Of a stretch of DNA of 64,000 nucleotides, positions 20,518 through 31,089 are shown piece by piece. The stretch comes from Perkinsela sp. CCAP 1560/9 (lineage: Eukaryota; Protista; Euglenozoa: Kinetoplastea): assembly GCA_965644495.1 (NCBI GenBank), contig CBFFSA010000002.1:1364001-1428000 (forward strand). Direction: 5' to 3'. The position numbers and the translations under genes were made by a program. How positions within the stretch are numbered: the stretch's first letter is position 1; every line of letters starts with the position of its first letter. Under the pieces are notes generated by a model. The model did not search any database and had not been told where the DNA came from. It worked only from the letters and a program-made list of their open reading frames with translations.

Positions 20518-23412
20518 TTAACTTTCGTTGCTTAATTGTTTTGACAAGTCGGAAAGGGTTCGCGTAGCCTCTTCTTGTAAATCATTTACTTTCACTAGAA
20601 TGCGGAAGGGTGTACATTCATGTGTATTTCGTCCTGAAGCATCTCTTCCTCTTTGCCAACATGCACCCACCAAGGTCCGTATGAGAGCGGAGATGTACCT
20701 TCTCTTCCTTGAGGATGCCTCCGTGCTATGGAATAACAGAACAGTTGTACTGTTCAACCGGGCTCGGCGATTTGCTCGTTTGTGTTCGACAGCTCCTTCA
20801 GCCGAATCATCTACAGGGGAGGGCACCGTCTTCGTGGGGAAGGTAATTGGTATCGCTTGATCAAGCAGAGACTGAAGCTGTTCTGCTCGAATGCTAGGGT
20901 GTCGCAAAATTTCTGTGTAGTGCAAAAGAAAAAATCCACAATCCGCAGACCAAAGAGGCTGTTGAGGAAGGGCAAGCTCACTAACTGGCACAACTTCTGT
21001 ACACCGTAGACTGCGATACATCGCAATGAGCTCCGTGGGGGAAAGTACAGAGGAATCTTTTAGTGCAATGCAAAGTTCCACATGCCACCTTGTGACCATA
21101 AACCAAAATAGATGAATGAGTATGCTCTGATAAATTTCCTCGTCGCCGTGTCGTATCAAGCTGTTCGCAAAGATGACCTTAGTTTGCAAATAGTTACCCA
21201 TTTGAAGAGTATCGGTGTTGATGCCAAAAGCAGTCGTACTCTCATTCAGTACAGGATTCTCCGGCTCGAACTCAATCTGAGGAATTCGGGTTGAGATTGG
21301 TGAATCAGATGGTGATGAATCAGAACATTTCGTTCTCTCTGCTTCGTCAGTACGAAGAGTTGCGTCCGTTGTAGAAGCCACTACTCGTTCAGTTGCTCTG
21401 GATTGTCTTGGAGAACTATCATCAACATCAATGTGCCCATCGTTCTTTTCATTGACACGGGCGTCATTACTTTTTGGTAAGCCCATATTTGTATAAAGTT
21501 TAGTAGAGGAGATGTTGGGTTTTTGACAAGAAGGCACAAAAATATCTTCGTCAACACTGTTAAAATCCCACGCTTTGGGAACAGTACGCTCCGCTTTGGT
21601 TTTCTCCATGCTTGTCAGGCGAATATCATATATGCGTTGCATAGCCGCATTTCGATCTGTTTTACTTAAAGGTGATCCTCCCTTCGCTTGAATGCGCTGA
21701 GAGGCATGAGCTGGAGTGACGCGTGAAAGCGCCGCGGCAGGATTTTGTATCAAGACCAAAAACCAGTGCTCCTCGTGACAAACTGGCACAAACCACAGAT
21801 CATCTAGGAAGATACAAGACTCCAGTTCACATCGCAATATTGGCGCACGATCTAGGCTAAACCGAACACTTCTCCCCCAACGACCACCCGGGTCCCCCGC
21901 ACATGGGAGCTGAGCGGCGCCTCTCAAGGCATTATAAAACTGTGCGTGAAAGGTACGTACCCTGGGATTGGGCATTACCTGCGACAGGAAACGGAGATAA
22001 AAATCAAGCAAGGTGTCATTCGCGTACGCACTGCTATGTCGCAAGATATCAAGTTCCTTACCCGTAATTCGAATCGGACCATACCGAAAAAGGACATGAT
22101 CAACATTGTACATGGCAGCGACGTCTCGTGCACTCAGTGTTGCATCACTTGCAAAGGAAAAGGAAGGACACCCTCGAAGGAGTTGCTCGGCGCACGTCGG
22201 CTGCTTGGTTTGTTCAGGAACGGCCACGTTCTCCTTCTCCGGCTTTTTCTTAGAAGATTCAGCATTCGGCCTGCTTTTCTTTTTGTCCGCATTCTCGCTT
22301 TTCTTTTTGCTCGTACTCTCGCTTTTCTTTTTGTTCGTATTCTCGTTTTTCATTTTGTTTGAATTCTCGCTTTTCTTTTTGTTTGAATTCTCGCACTTCT
22401 TTTTCTGATTTGACTTTTTGGATTTTTTCGGTGGGGTGCTCTCACAGGAAGAAGTCTCATAATGTGACTCGGATTCGGAACTTGAAGAATCCTCCTCCGA
22501 TGGGGTGTCGGTCGTCTCGTCATCTGATGTTTCCGTTTTGGGCTTTCTCTTTTGACTACGTTTCGAAACTGAAATCGTGGGTTCTTTTTTGTCACGGATC
22601 TGCGTTCCTTTCACGTTCTTCTGAGATTTTGATTTTGATTTTTCTTCGCTAGGCTTCTTTGGGACGTTTCTCTTTCTGTTCGCGACAGCTTCTGTGATTT
22701 TTCCTTTCTTCACTTTTGCTGTGCTTTTCTTTTCTTTCCTATTCACTGTCTGCTTCGGTGAAACTGTTTCATTGGACGAGTTCGAATCTTCCTGATCAAC
22801 GTCTTGGCTTGTATCCCTTGAGCTACACGCTACTTCTGCTATCTGGGGAATCTCAGGCGTTGTATTCTTTTTTGTATCTTCGTCACATAAATCAACCCTT
22901 TTCTGAAAACACCACAAAGCAGTGTCTGTAGCTGACTGTCTGTAAGTTGACCGGTCGAGAAATGTTCGAAAGGAGGCGTCGGGAATTTGAGTACAGTTTT
23001 TCTCATTGGTCTCGTTCGCTAATTGTCCGTTGGAAGTATTCCTGGATCGAAAGGAAAATTCAAGGGGCTTTACATTAGCAAGCGGTTTTGGTGCTTTTTT
23101 GGGTGCGTATTTCTTGAAATTCGGTTTCGCTTGATTTTGCTTTGCGTGATGATCAGAAATTTGTGAGCCGCCCATTCTCAACATTGGAAAAATTCCTTTC
23201 TTCTTGGGTTCAATCCCCACATTATCACTCAATGATTGCGCACCTGATTCAAAACTCAGTACTTCTTTAAGCGTTTCACTAGATGGGCGTGGTACAGTAT
23301 TTTCATGAGAATCGTTCTCTCGTTGTTCGCTCGCATATGGTTTGTGTGGTGACATTGCCCAGAACCCTTCCATACTTTTCTCAAGAGTGGTAGACGACTT
23401 CCTCTCCATCAT
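20518..23412 (-). CDS. Ulp/SENP-family SUMO protease (peptidase C48)
   Basis: YANDTLLDFYL, VPVCHEEHWFLVLI (catalytic His), PQQPLWSADCGFFLL (catalytic Cys); long Lys/Ser-rich N-terminus with NKKKSEN repeats. Confidence 0.85.
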   Translation of the reverse strand: MMERKSSTTLEKSMEGFWAMSPHKPYASEQRENDSHENTVPRPSSETLKEVLSFESGAQSLSDNVGIEPKKKGIFPMLRMGGSQISDHHAKQNQAKPNFKKYAPKKAPKPLANVKPLEFSFRSRNTSNGQLANETNEKNCTQIPDASFRTFLDRSTYRQSATDTALWCFQKRVDLCDEDTKKNTTPEIPQIAEVACSSRDTSQDVDQEDSNSSNETVSPKQTVNRKEKKSTAKVKKGKITEAVANRKRNVPKKPSEEKSKSKSQKNVKGTQIRDKKEPTISVSKRSQKRKPKTETSDDETTDTPSEEDSSSSESESHYETSSCESTPPKKSKKSNQKKKCENSNKKKSENSNKMKNENTNKKKSESTSKKKSENADKKKSRPNAESSKKKPEKENVAVPEQTKQPTCAEQLLRGCPSFSFASDATLSARDVAAMYNVDHVLFRYGPIRITGKELDILRHSSAYANDTLLDFYLRFLSQVMPNPRVRTFHAQFYNALRGAAQLPCAGDPGGRWGRSVRFSLDRAPILRCELESCIFLDDLWFVPVCHEEHWFLVLIQNPAAALSRVTPAHASQRIQAKGGSPLSKTDRNAAMQRIYDIRLTSMEKTKAERTVPKAWDFNSVDEDIFVPSCQKPNISSTKLYTNMGLPKSNDARVNEKNDGHIDVDDSSPRQSRATERVVASTTDATLRTDEAERTKCSDSSPSDSPISTRIPQIEFEPENPVLNESTTAFGINTDTLQMGNYLQTKVIFANSLIRHGDEEIYQSILIHLFWFMVTRWHVELCIALKDSSVLSPTELIAMYRSLRCTEVVPVSELALPQQPLWSADCGFFLLHYTEILRHPSIRAEQLQSLLDQAIPITFPTKTVPSPVDDSAEGAVEHKRANRRARLNSTTVLLFHSTEASSRKRRYISALIRTLVGACWQRGRDASGRNTHECTPFRILVKVNDLQEEATRTLSDLSKQLSNES

Positions 23413-23712
23413 GCTGAGGATACTGACTCATAAGATAGTATTTAATTAGGATAAGTTAATCCCTTCTTGAATCATAAATACAGAACAAATTTACATTCTA
23501 GCATTGCGAATCGCTTACAAAAATTAGAATATAATTCACCCTCTCTAGTTGAGTGCAAAGTTATGCTTCACTACATATTTTTAGACTTCAGATCCTTACT
23601 CTGTACGGAATTTGTATCGTGACAGAAATCTTACCTTTACTTTTCGTTTCTTTGCTTTACATAGTTTCACTGTTCTTCTCTCTCTCTCTCTCTTGCGGAG
23701 GGGTCAGGGAGT

Positions 23713-23982
23713 CTAATTCGCTTTCGACTCACGTAGTAGACCATCCTTGAGGGCGAGTCGGTTTAAGGCCTGATCCCCTTCTCCCCTCTTGCGTAACGAA
23801 CCGGAAAGGACATAGGTTTTGTAGTTGCCGGTGTAGACCCCATTTGAATCGGTCATACCCACATTGATTTGTACGGCGGCGTGATCCTGTGAGTGAATGA
23901 TGCGTCCGGTGCTGGAGCATTTCCGCGGGATGTATAAATCCACATTACGTCCTTCGTCGTTAATGCAACCAACTTGTGTCAT
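23713..23982 (-). CDS. RPS21: 40S ribosomal protein S21 (eS21)
   Basis: NDEGRNVDLYIPRKCSSTGRII...DHAAVQINVG. Confidence 0.97.
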   Translation of the reverse strand: MTQVGCINDEGRNVDLYIPRKCSSTGRIIHSQDHAAVQINVGMTDSNGVYTGNYKTYVLSGSLRKRGEGDQALNRLALKDGLLRESKAN

Positions 23983-24233
23983 TATGAAATTCAATACTTT
24001 GAAGAAATAAAAGTTGGCGTAGGATCAAGGAAACAAACAGAATAACACATAGAAAATATTTCTCGCAAAAGCAACAATGAACAAATGATTTGATGACAGC
24101 CAACGATATCTTCCTTGAACCACATAATAAAATGATACATGCTCGCACTTCAATTTTTAATATGGACTTCATTACTGTACCCAACAAAAAACACACTCAC
24201 TCCACCGTTTACCCCACCTCCATATTACCTTTT

Positions 24234-25067
24234 TCACGAATGTAAATCAATAATCGCCTCCTGTAACCCCCCCTCCAACAACCCCTCCCCCGAACCCTTC
24301 TTCACCCCCTCCCCCGCCTTCTCATCCTCCCGGTGCGTCGCGCCCTGCCCCACCCCCAGCCCCCCCTTCCGCACCCTCTCCCCCCTTTTCCTCTCCAGCT
24401 TCAACACCCGCTCCAGCACACTCATCTCACTCGCGGTGGTATCCAACCCCACGAACGCGGTCCAGTCATTACTGATCACCCCACACCCCACCTGCGGGTT
24501 CCCCCGGTTCACCGTCCCCGCCACCACCGGCAGCTGCAGCAGCGTACTCAGCTCCTCCATATCCGCTTTTGTCGTCTTCGGGGCCACCATGCACCCGTGG
24601 TTACTGAGCAGCGCGTAGCTCCCCACCAGGGCGTTCTCCCCGACACTGGTGCGGAAGGTCTCGACCTTGAGCACGTCCCGCACCAGGTGCTCCGTCTCGG
24701 CATCGAGATCGGTGTGGAGCAGCGCGACGTGGTCGTTGCAGGCGATGCAGTTCCCCAGGGCGCTGTAGCGCTCCTCGATGCGCTGGATGGCGACCGCGGC
24801 GGGGAGCGCGTTTCGGAGGTGCTGGAGCTCCTGGTCGGTGGTGATGGAGGGGAGGAGGAGACCGTGGCGGTTGCCCGCGGTGAGGCGCCCAATGACGCGG
24901 GTTCCCCCGATGGAGGTGTAGACCACGGGGATGTGACGGGCGAGCTCGGTCTCGAAGACGCTGTAGAAGTTTTGGGCGGAGCCCATGGCGACGAGACAGT
25001 AGGCGTTGGTGAGACGGGAGAAGACCCCGATGTCGTTGGAGGACTCGAAACGGGTGCGGAGGGCCAT
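24234..25067 (-). CDS. EIF6: Eukaryotic translation initiation factor 6
   Basis: [26 protein letters not shown]...[14 protein letters not shown]...AGTVNRG. Confidence 0.97.
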   Translation of the reverse strand: MALRTRFESSNDIGVFSRLTNAYCLVAMGSAQNFYSVFETELARHIPVVYTSIGGTRVIGRLTAGNRHGLLLPSITTDQELQHLRNALPAAVAIQRIEERYSALGNCIACNDHVALLHTDLDAETEHLVRDVLKVETFRTSVGENALVGSYALLSNHGCMVAPKTTKADMEELSTLLQLPVVAGTVNRGNPQVGCGVISNDWTAFVGLDTTASEMSVLERVLKLERKRGERVRKGGLGVGQGATHREDEKAGEGVKKGSGEGLLEGGLQEAIIDLHS

Positions 25068-25314
25068 GGGGGAGGGAGCGAGGGGAGGGGAGTAGAGAGA
25101 TTGAGATTGAGATAAGGAAAATAAGGAAAAGCGGTATTGATCTTTTGTTGCTTCTTTGAAATGAATAAAATGGTGTGAAATAGTTTCAGGCAAACAAGCA
25201 GTGGAAACAAGTGGTGGTTATGCAGAAGTGGTAAACGAAAATTCGCCTAGGGAAGGGCAGAGCACGAAGAGTGAGACGATTTATCCCAGATAGCAGTTTG
25301 GAACAGAAGCCATG

Positions 25315-25755
25315 CTACTCATCTTCTCTCAGGCTTTCTCGAAACTTTTCTGCCTCCAAAAAGCGCCGCTGCATCGTTCGATTCCTCATTGCGTTGACCT
25401 CGTACATGGGCCACAGCATCTCTGTCAATGTCCAGTAGACGAATCCAAGCCCAATGAGTGTTGCACCGAAGCGAAAAGGACGAATATCGGCCATTTTCTT
25501 CTGTAAACGTTCCCGAGACCCAAACCTCTGAGTTGCATTTTTTGCCATTTCTTTAAAAGCACGAACGCCTCTTGTGGATGATTTTACTGTAAGCGGCTTT
25601 GACGGAGTAATACGGCTTTTATAGGAAACCGATGCCTTCAGTTTCTTTAGATTTTGCTCATATTCCTCCTTAGACATGCCGAGAGATTTCGCGATTTTTG
25701 CACTGTCCAATCTGTCGCCCATCATTTCGGGAGGAGTGGAATGTGCCCCGTCCAT
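25315..25755 (-). CDS. Hypothetical small membrane protein
   Basis: 146 aa ATG ORF with one hydrophobic helix (FGATLIGLGFVYWTL); co-oriented with the cluster. Confidence 0.65.
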   Translation of the reverse strand: MDGAHSTPPEMMGDRLDSAKIAKSLGMSKEEYEQNLKKLKASVSYKSRITPSKPLTVKSSTRGVRAFKEMAKNATQRFGSRERLQKKMADIRPFRFGATLIGLGFVYWTLTEMLWPMYEVNAMRNRTMQRRFLEAEKFRESLREDE

Positions 25756-25957
25756 CTTGTCGCGTCAAGAACACTCAATTCATCTGAATAAGTACTAAGG
25801 AAAAATTCGTTTGATTCGAAATCGTAACTCAAGTGCTAAAAATAGGGGATTCTTTCATCATAACATTTCAAGTACTCCCTACGTCTCACCACCATTTTTC
25901 TTATCAAAAGAAGGACAGTCTTATCATCTTTTGAGAACGTAAAGAAAGGTAAGGGGG

Positions 25958-28036
25958 CTACGTATCATACCTTGCAGAATCAATCCGTGAAGAGTGTTGC
26001 CTGGCGGAGTGCTGTCGGCGGTGTACCAGCTCGTTGTGTCGCATTCCCTCCAGCACATTCAGCCCTACGTCATAGGCTGTCACACTGGCAGGTAACGACC
26101 GGGCGGTGTCCATCGAGCACAGGTCCTCCTCCGCCTCCCGTTCCGCTGAGAGGGAGGGGGAGGGAATGCCAGCACGGAGCTGTAGCCTGGCGTGACTAAG
26201 ACGCGGAATCTCAACGGTATGAGATCCGCGACGCATCGGCTCAGGTACCGGGCTGGGCTCCGTGGGCTCACCCAACCCCGACCGCGGGAGAGGGGAGGGC
26301 AACCGAAGCGCTTCTTCCACCTCCGGCACCTGCGGGGGCTGGGTGAGATATCTCCTGCGAGCGACATAGGCCGCGTAGATCATAGAGAACAGCGCGAGTC
26401 CACTCCATGACATCACCGCGCGAAATCCCCAGCGCAGTCCCATACTCTGGGCCAGCGTACCGCACAGAAACGGACCTAAGAAATACCCAAACAACGAGAA
26501 GGTCATGGCGGCAAGAGAACTCGCGACATTTCGGTGTTCCTTTGCGACACCCACCATCAGCAGCCCTGTGGCCGAGGGCACAATCGCGCCCCCAAAGAAC
26601 AGCAAACACCAGGCAAGAATCATGTAGGGCCAGAACTTTGTAACGGTCAGTGAGGCGAGAGCACAGCCCACGGCAACGGTTCCACAAGCGGTGCCCATGT
26701 AGGCTGCACGGTGCGGGTGTTCCTGGTACCCCCCGATACGGTCCAGTACCACCCCGCCGAGGACTACCCCCAGCACAGGACCCGTGGCACTGGTGAGACC
26801 AAAAGCAGCAACAATTTTATTTAAATCCGCCGCGATTGGGGGAAGGCGCAGGTACGCCGTGACCCAGAGCTGCAGCGCGGTGACCACAAAGTACAGCGAG
26901 CACAGCGCAAACACGGTGGAGGTGTACAGCGGGTTGGAGACCAGCTCCTTGAAGACACGCCAAGTGAGCCCGGAGCTGGTTTTGGAGGGCTTACCGTCGA
27001 CTCGGGAGGCATCGTGGGAACGCCCTTGTAGCGCCTCTCCCCGAACGACGTAAAAGATGGTGACAATCGGGACCAACAGGATGGACTTAATAAAGAACGT
27101 CACTCTCCAGGACACCCCGCTGTTGGCCGCAATCAGTCCCGCAATCAGATACCCGAGCATAATACCGATCGGTACCCCAGCCTGGGCGAGTGCCATCCAC
27201 GTGGTCTTATGTTTTCTCGGGGAAAACTCATCCACCCACACCGGGGTGTACACCACCACCAGGGATTGCGTAAACCCCAGAAAGAAACGTGCCGCGATCG
27301 CAAGTCCAATACGCGGGCTGGTCGCGAACACCACCGAGAGCAGCATATGAACCGTCAGGGCGCGTGAGATCACGGCCTTCGCGCTAAACTTCCGAAACAG
27401 GTACCCGCAGAACGACCCCCCGGCGGTATTCCCGAGGTACGAAATCGAGGCCAGCACCCCGTCCAGCGCCCCCGAGGAGTGGAAGTCCTGCGACATCGGT
27501 CCCCCAATCACCGCGGCAATCGCACCGTTGTCAATGTTGGTACTGGCCTGGGTGATCACAAAGAGAAGGAAGACATAGAGCTTGTAGTTACGGGAGAGTA
27601 ACCCGCGGGGAGGGGGGTGGGTTGTGGGGTCACACGTGCCCTCCGCGCCCTCGGGTTCCGAGGAAGAGGAGGAACGGGGTGAGTCCCCGCGCATGGACCG
27701 CGGGGTGAGACTCATGGTCTGGAGGGACAAAAGGTCGAGGCCATGGGGGCCTGGGCTGTGCGGGGGTGGAGAAAAAGATCCGAAGGGGGGCTCCATGGGG
27801 GTGAAGGGGTCGGTTCCTGTGTGGGGTGCGGTCCTTAGGGGGTCCGGGTCGTGGGGAAAAGAGTCACTGGAGAGGTTGCGACCCAGGATATCGGTATCGT
27901 AGCACGCGTCGTTGTCCGATAACATGGGGGAACTGTTGCGCGAACGTGTCTCGGGTTCCTGTGATGTTGCTTTCATCGCAACCTCATGTAGTCGTAAAGG
28001 CTGCTTTTCACTCCGGGAATCTTCATTGTCGCCCAT
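25958..28036 (-). CDS. MFS transporter, Spinster-like
   Basis: About 12 TM helices; NIDNGAIAA, ARFFLGFTQ, YTPVWVDEF, GIMLGY. Confidence 0.88.
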   Translation of the reverse strand: MGDNEDSRSEKQPLRLHEVAMKATSQEPETRSRNSSPMLSDNDACYDTDILGRNLSSDSFPHDPDPLRTAPHTGTDPFTPMEPPFGSFSPPPHSPGPHGLDLLSLQTMSLTPRSMRGDSPRSSSSSEPEGAEGTCDPTTHPPPRGLLSRNYKLYVFLLFVITQASTNIDNGAIAAVIGGPMSQDFHSSGALDGVLASISYLGNTAGGSFCGYLFRKFSAKAVISRALTVHMLLSVVFATSPRIGLAIAARFFLGFTQSLVVVYTPVWVDEFSPRKHKTTWMALAQAGVPIGIMLGYLIAGLIAANSGVSWRVTFFIKSILLVPIVTIFYVVRGEALQGRSHDASRVDGKPSKTSSGLTWRVFKELVSNPLYTSTVFALCSLYFVVTALQLWVTAYLRLPPIAADLNKIVAAFGLTSATGPVLGVVLGGVVLDRIGGYQEHPHRAAYMGTACGTVAVGCALASLTVTKFWPYMILAWCLLFFGGAIVPSATGLLMVGVAKEHRNVASSLAAMTFSLFGYFLGPFLCGTLAQSMGLRWGFRAVMSWSGLALFSMIYAAYVARRRYLTQPPQVPEVEEALRLPSPLPRSGLGEPTEPSPVPEPMRRGSHTVEIPRLSHARLQLRAGIPSPSLSAEREAEEDLCSMDTARSLPASVTAYDVGLNVLEGMRHNELVHRRQHSARQHSSRIDSARYDT

Positions 28037-28165
28037 GTCAAAAGACCAAAGTGTAATAAAGGTACAGATCTTCTACAAACATACATGTATTTTGCCAACA
28101 AACTAAATTATGTGGAAATGTATCTTGCCTAACATTAGACTATTCTAAGAGTAAAAGGTTACATT

Positions 28166-29476
28166 GGGTAATGCCCACTTATATTGCACCCACTTTTCAA
28201 ATTTTGTGTACCTTTTTTTTCTTATGGTTACTTACTCTCCAGTTGCCTAGAAATATTTGTAAGATAAATTTTCAAAAATGTGTACCTGCGCAGACCTTCG
28301 ATGCATTCTTCGGTGGAAGAACGATGCAGATCTACCCGCGTGCTTCGCTTCATTTTTGAAAGCTCATAGCGTTGTGAAAAATGAGCTCTGTACTACGCAC
28401 GGTACGCCAGGAACTCCCCACAAAAAAAATTATTCATTGTGCATCTGTTGGCGACGCAAGGGCAATAATAAGTGCCGAAAGCGTCTCTCGACATTGTCAC
28501 CTTTTTTTTCAGCCAAACAAAAAAAACCCGAATCAAAGTTCCTTTTTTGGGTGAAACTGTGCCAGAGAGTTGAAATGGACAGCATAGCCTCCCAATGTTG
28601 CGTAACTCGAAATACAGTTTTTAAATGGAAACGCGAGCTACTGGATTGGATTTCGAAAGCGGTGGCAAAGCGCAACGAGGAAACAAAATTTCATAAATGC
28701 GCAGCAGACGAAACTCTCACCTTTTCAAGCACTCTTTTCAAGGCTCTCACCACAAGCAGACGAAACTTTCTCTTCCCAAGAAAATATCATCAAGGTAGCG
28801 CGAATCGTAAAAAAACAATATGCATGGCCACCATCACGGGTATCGAGAGAGACGGGAGCTGTGGAAGAACTATATGGAAGCGTGTGGAAAAGCGAGATGC
28901 CTCCACGCTACCAAATCTGATAAGGAAGTATACGGTAGACAGCTACCGGTCCATCGCAAATACAGACGGATTGCGTGGCTACCGAGGACTAAGCGAAGTA
29001 CGAGAGCACCGAACTGTGAACCACCGAAAAAAGGGTAAATACCGCTTCGTCACCGAAAATGGCGTACATACCAACAACGCAGAATCTTGCCATTCGTCGG
29101 TCAAGCGTGCGATACGAAGGCAAGGAAGACTTTCTATGGACCCAGAAAAAGCTGAAAAGGTAGTATCACTCTATACTTTATTTTTTAAGAAAACAACATG
29201 GCAACAACGTCTGCGGGCTCTCCTCGTCGCCTTGAAGTCAATAAAGAATGAAGTGGAACTCGAAGGTATTGAGGAAACCGAAGGGTCTGGTGATGAAACT
29301 CCATCGGATGCAACCGAAGACGATCTGACTTTGAGTATGCTGCAACACTTTTTGATGTAAAGTAAGCGGAAAGAGCAAATGAGGTAAAGTGAGCAAAGTT
29401 ACGCTGCACAAGAAAAAATTTCAGTACCTTCGTATTATTATTTTGAAAGTGGGTGCAATATAAGTGGTCTGTACCC
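28166..29476 (+). mobile_element. Merlin (IS1595/ISXO2-like) DNA transposon, full length
   Basis: Imperfect ~38-bp TIRs (gggtaatgcccacttatattgcacccacttttcaaaat / attttgaaagtgggtgcaatataagtggtctgtaccc); perfect 8-bp TSD gttacatt at 28158-28165 and 29477-29484. Confidence 0.95.
28278..29360 (+). CDS. Merlin/IS1595 DDE transposase
   Basis: ADET...RKYHQG, NTDGLRGY, HRTVNH, GVHTNNAESCHSSVKR; N-terminal Cys/His motif and HTH. Confidence 0.92.
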   Translation: MCTCADLRCILRWKNDADLPACFASFLKAHSVVKNELCTTHGTPGTPHKKNYSLCICWRRKGNNKCRKRLSTLSPFFSAKQKKPESKFLFWVKLCQRVEMDSIASQCCVTRNTVFKWKRELLDWISKAVAKRNEETKFHKCAADETLTFSSTLFKALTTSRRNFLFPRKYHQGSANRKKTICMATITGIERDGSCGRTIWKRVEKRDASTLPNLIRKYTVDSYRSIANTDGLRGYRGLSEVREHRTVNHRKKGKYRFVTENGVHTNNAESCHSSVKRAIRRQGRLSMDPEKAEKVVSLYTLFFKKTTWQQRLRALLVALKSIKNEVELEGIEETEGSGDETPSDATEDDLTLSMLQHFLM

Positions 29477-29594
29477 GTTACATTTAATACATACTTTCCA
29501 GTCTAAGTTAGCCACTTAAACAATGAGCGTGTAAATCTTATGTAATAATCTTATGTACATGAGATGTTAAAAATCGGGGACAGGTGGAATTTGA

Positions 29595-30113
29595 CTAATG
29601 GTATTCTTTTGACTCATTCGCTATCGTATGGTTTTCTACTCGTAAAGCAACTTGATCAAAATTAGAAACATCTTCAAAGGAAACCCAAATGGAGTTAGGA
29701 TACCCGAAGTCACGAAGCGCCTGCACAGCATTGTGACCTCTGTAAGATGAAGCAATGACAACAAGTGCGGCTTTTGTGTCTAGAGGAAGAATTGGACGAA
29801 TAGCTCCTGAAATAATGTCGTGGTAATTCATTGGGACGGCGCGTTGCAGACCTTGATATGCTATGGAAGCTCGTTCTCGTAGATCAAAGAAAGGTACACG
29901 ACTGCGGTACATTTCACGAAGACGCTCGCTTGCATCGGCAATAGGTACCAGAGAAGTTTGTGATTTAATGTGACCTTTCCCTTCCCCCCGGACATTTCCA
30001 TACGTGTTCCGTAAATTTTGAAACCCTTCGTGTTTGTTAGGATTAAACGTCCAGATTACATCACCTACGCGTCGCTTCATGAGTAAAGTACAATCAGATG
30101 CGAATTCATCCAA
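29595..30113 (-). CDS. Rhodanese-like domain protein (start uncertain; ATG near 30080)
   Basis: FFDLRE, AVPMNY, LVVIASSYRGHNAVQALRDFGY pattern; no active-site Cys visible. Confidence 0.6.
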   Translation of the reverse strand: MDEFASDCTLLMKRRVGDVIWTFNPNKHEGFQNLRNTYGNVRGEGKGHIKSQTSLVPIADASERLREMYRSRVPFFDLRERASIAYQGLQRAVPMNYHDIISGAIRPILPLDTKAALVVIASSYRGHNAVQALRDFGYPNSIWVSFEDVSNFDQVALRVENHTIANESKEYH

Positions 30114-30299
30114 ACTTCTATAATTAGAATTTCGATGATTAAAAAAGAACGTATAACTAATTGCAGTTGAAAAAAGATATTTTATTTATAAAAGGATTTT
30201 CTATAGACGCAAATAAGCAAAATTTCCTGTTGGAGTTTCTTGAATCACACTTATTCTGAAATATTTAAGAAACTACGACATTAATTTCCCGCCATCTCA

Positions 30300-31089
30300 A
30301 TGCCGGAAAGTCAGCCCTCCGTTTCTGACGTCATGCGTCAGCTGTCGATATTAACTTCGAAATTCGAGTCTAGCGCGAGCCAACTTCAGAGTTTGCAGGA
30401 AGGAATGCTGCATTTGCAATCTCAAATGGGGCGTTTGGACCGTATGGAAGGCAATCTGAGCCGCTTAAGTACGCAAAATAAAGAAGCTTTACAAATGGTG
30501 GCGCGCGCGTCCGACTCGCCGTCTGCTTATGATATTTCCATCCATGACCTGCCACAGGAACACGTTTTGCAGCCGGAACACTGGAAACCCGAGCATTACT
30601 GTTCTGACAATTTGCGTCGACAGCTCCTCCAACGCGTAGAGCACGAGGTGCGAAAGCTCTTCGGAAACTCTGCGGATCCGACTGCTGTGCCAGGAGATTC
30701 TATTGGTCTAAAAGATGCATTAGACACTATCCAAAGTCACTTGGAGGCTTGCGACGAGCTGGTGAAACGGGGCCAGGCAGTTTCCATGAAGTCGATTACT
30801 CCGGCGATCGAAAACGTCATTTTCCTCAGATACAAACACAAGTGGGGTCGGCGTGTCGCGCTCCAATGGAAAGATGCTCTAAAAAGTTCGCCGATCGGGT
30901 TCAAGGTATGACAATGCTCACGACACCGCTATGGAGTTTTACAAGAACTGTTCGATCGCTCAGGGCGCAGTGTCTCTATCGCAGGCAAAAAACGGCGGAG
31001 GGCGCGGGTTCGCTTCCAGTGGGCGAGGGAGAACCCGCGGGCGCGGAGGTCGCAGTTATGCATCTCCGGCTGCTCCCCCGTCCCAGTGA
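30300..31089 (+). CDS. Gag-like ORF1 (coiled coil plus RGG tail), one apparent +1 indel at 30883-30908
   Basis: Track ORF 30300-30911 has a heptad-rich N-terminus. The +1 frame continues SRYDNAHDTAMEFYKN...GGGRGFASSGRGRTRGRGGRSY to TGA at 31087-31089. Confidence 0.7.

Noticed and set aside
28166-29476. Bacterial contamination (IS1595)
   Set aside because: Flanked by TSDs within eukaryotic intergenic DNA, and a deleted relic of the same family sits at 18298.
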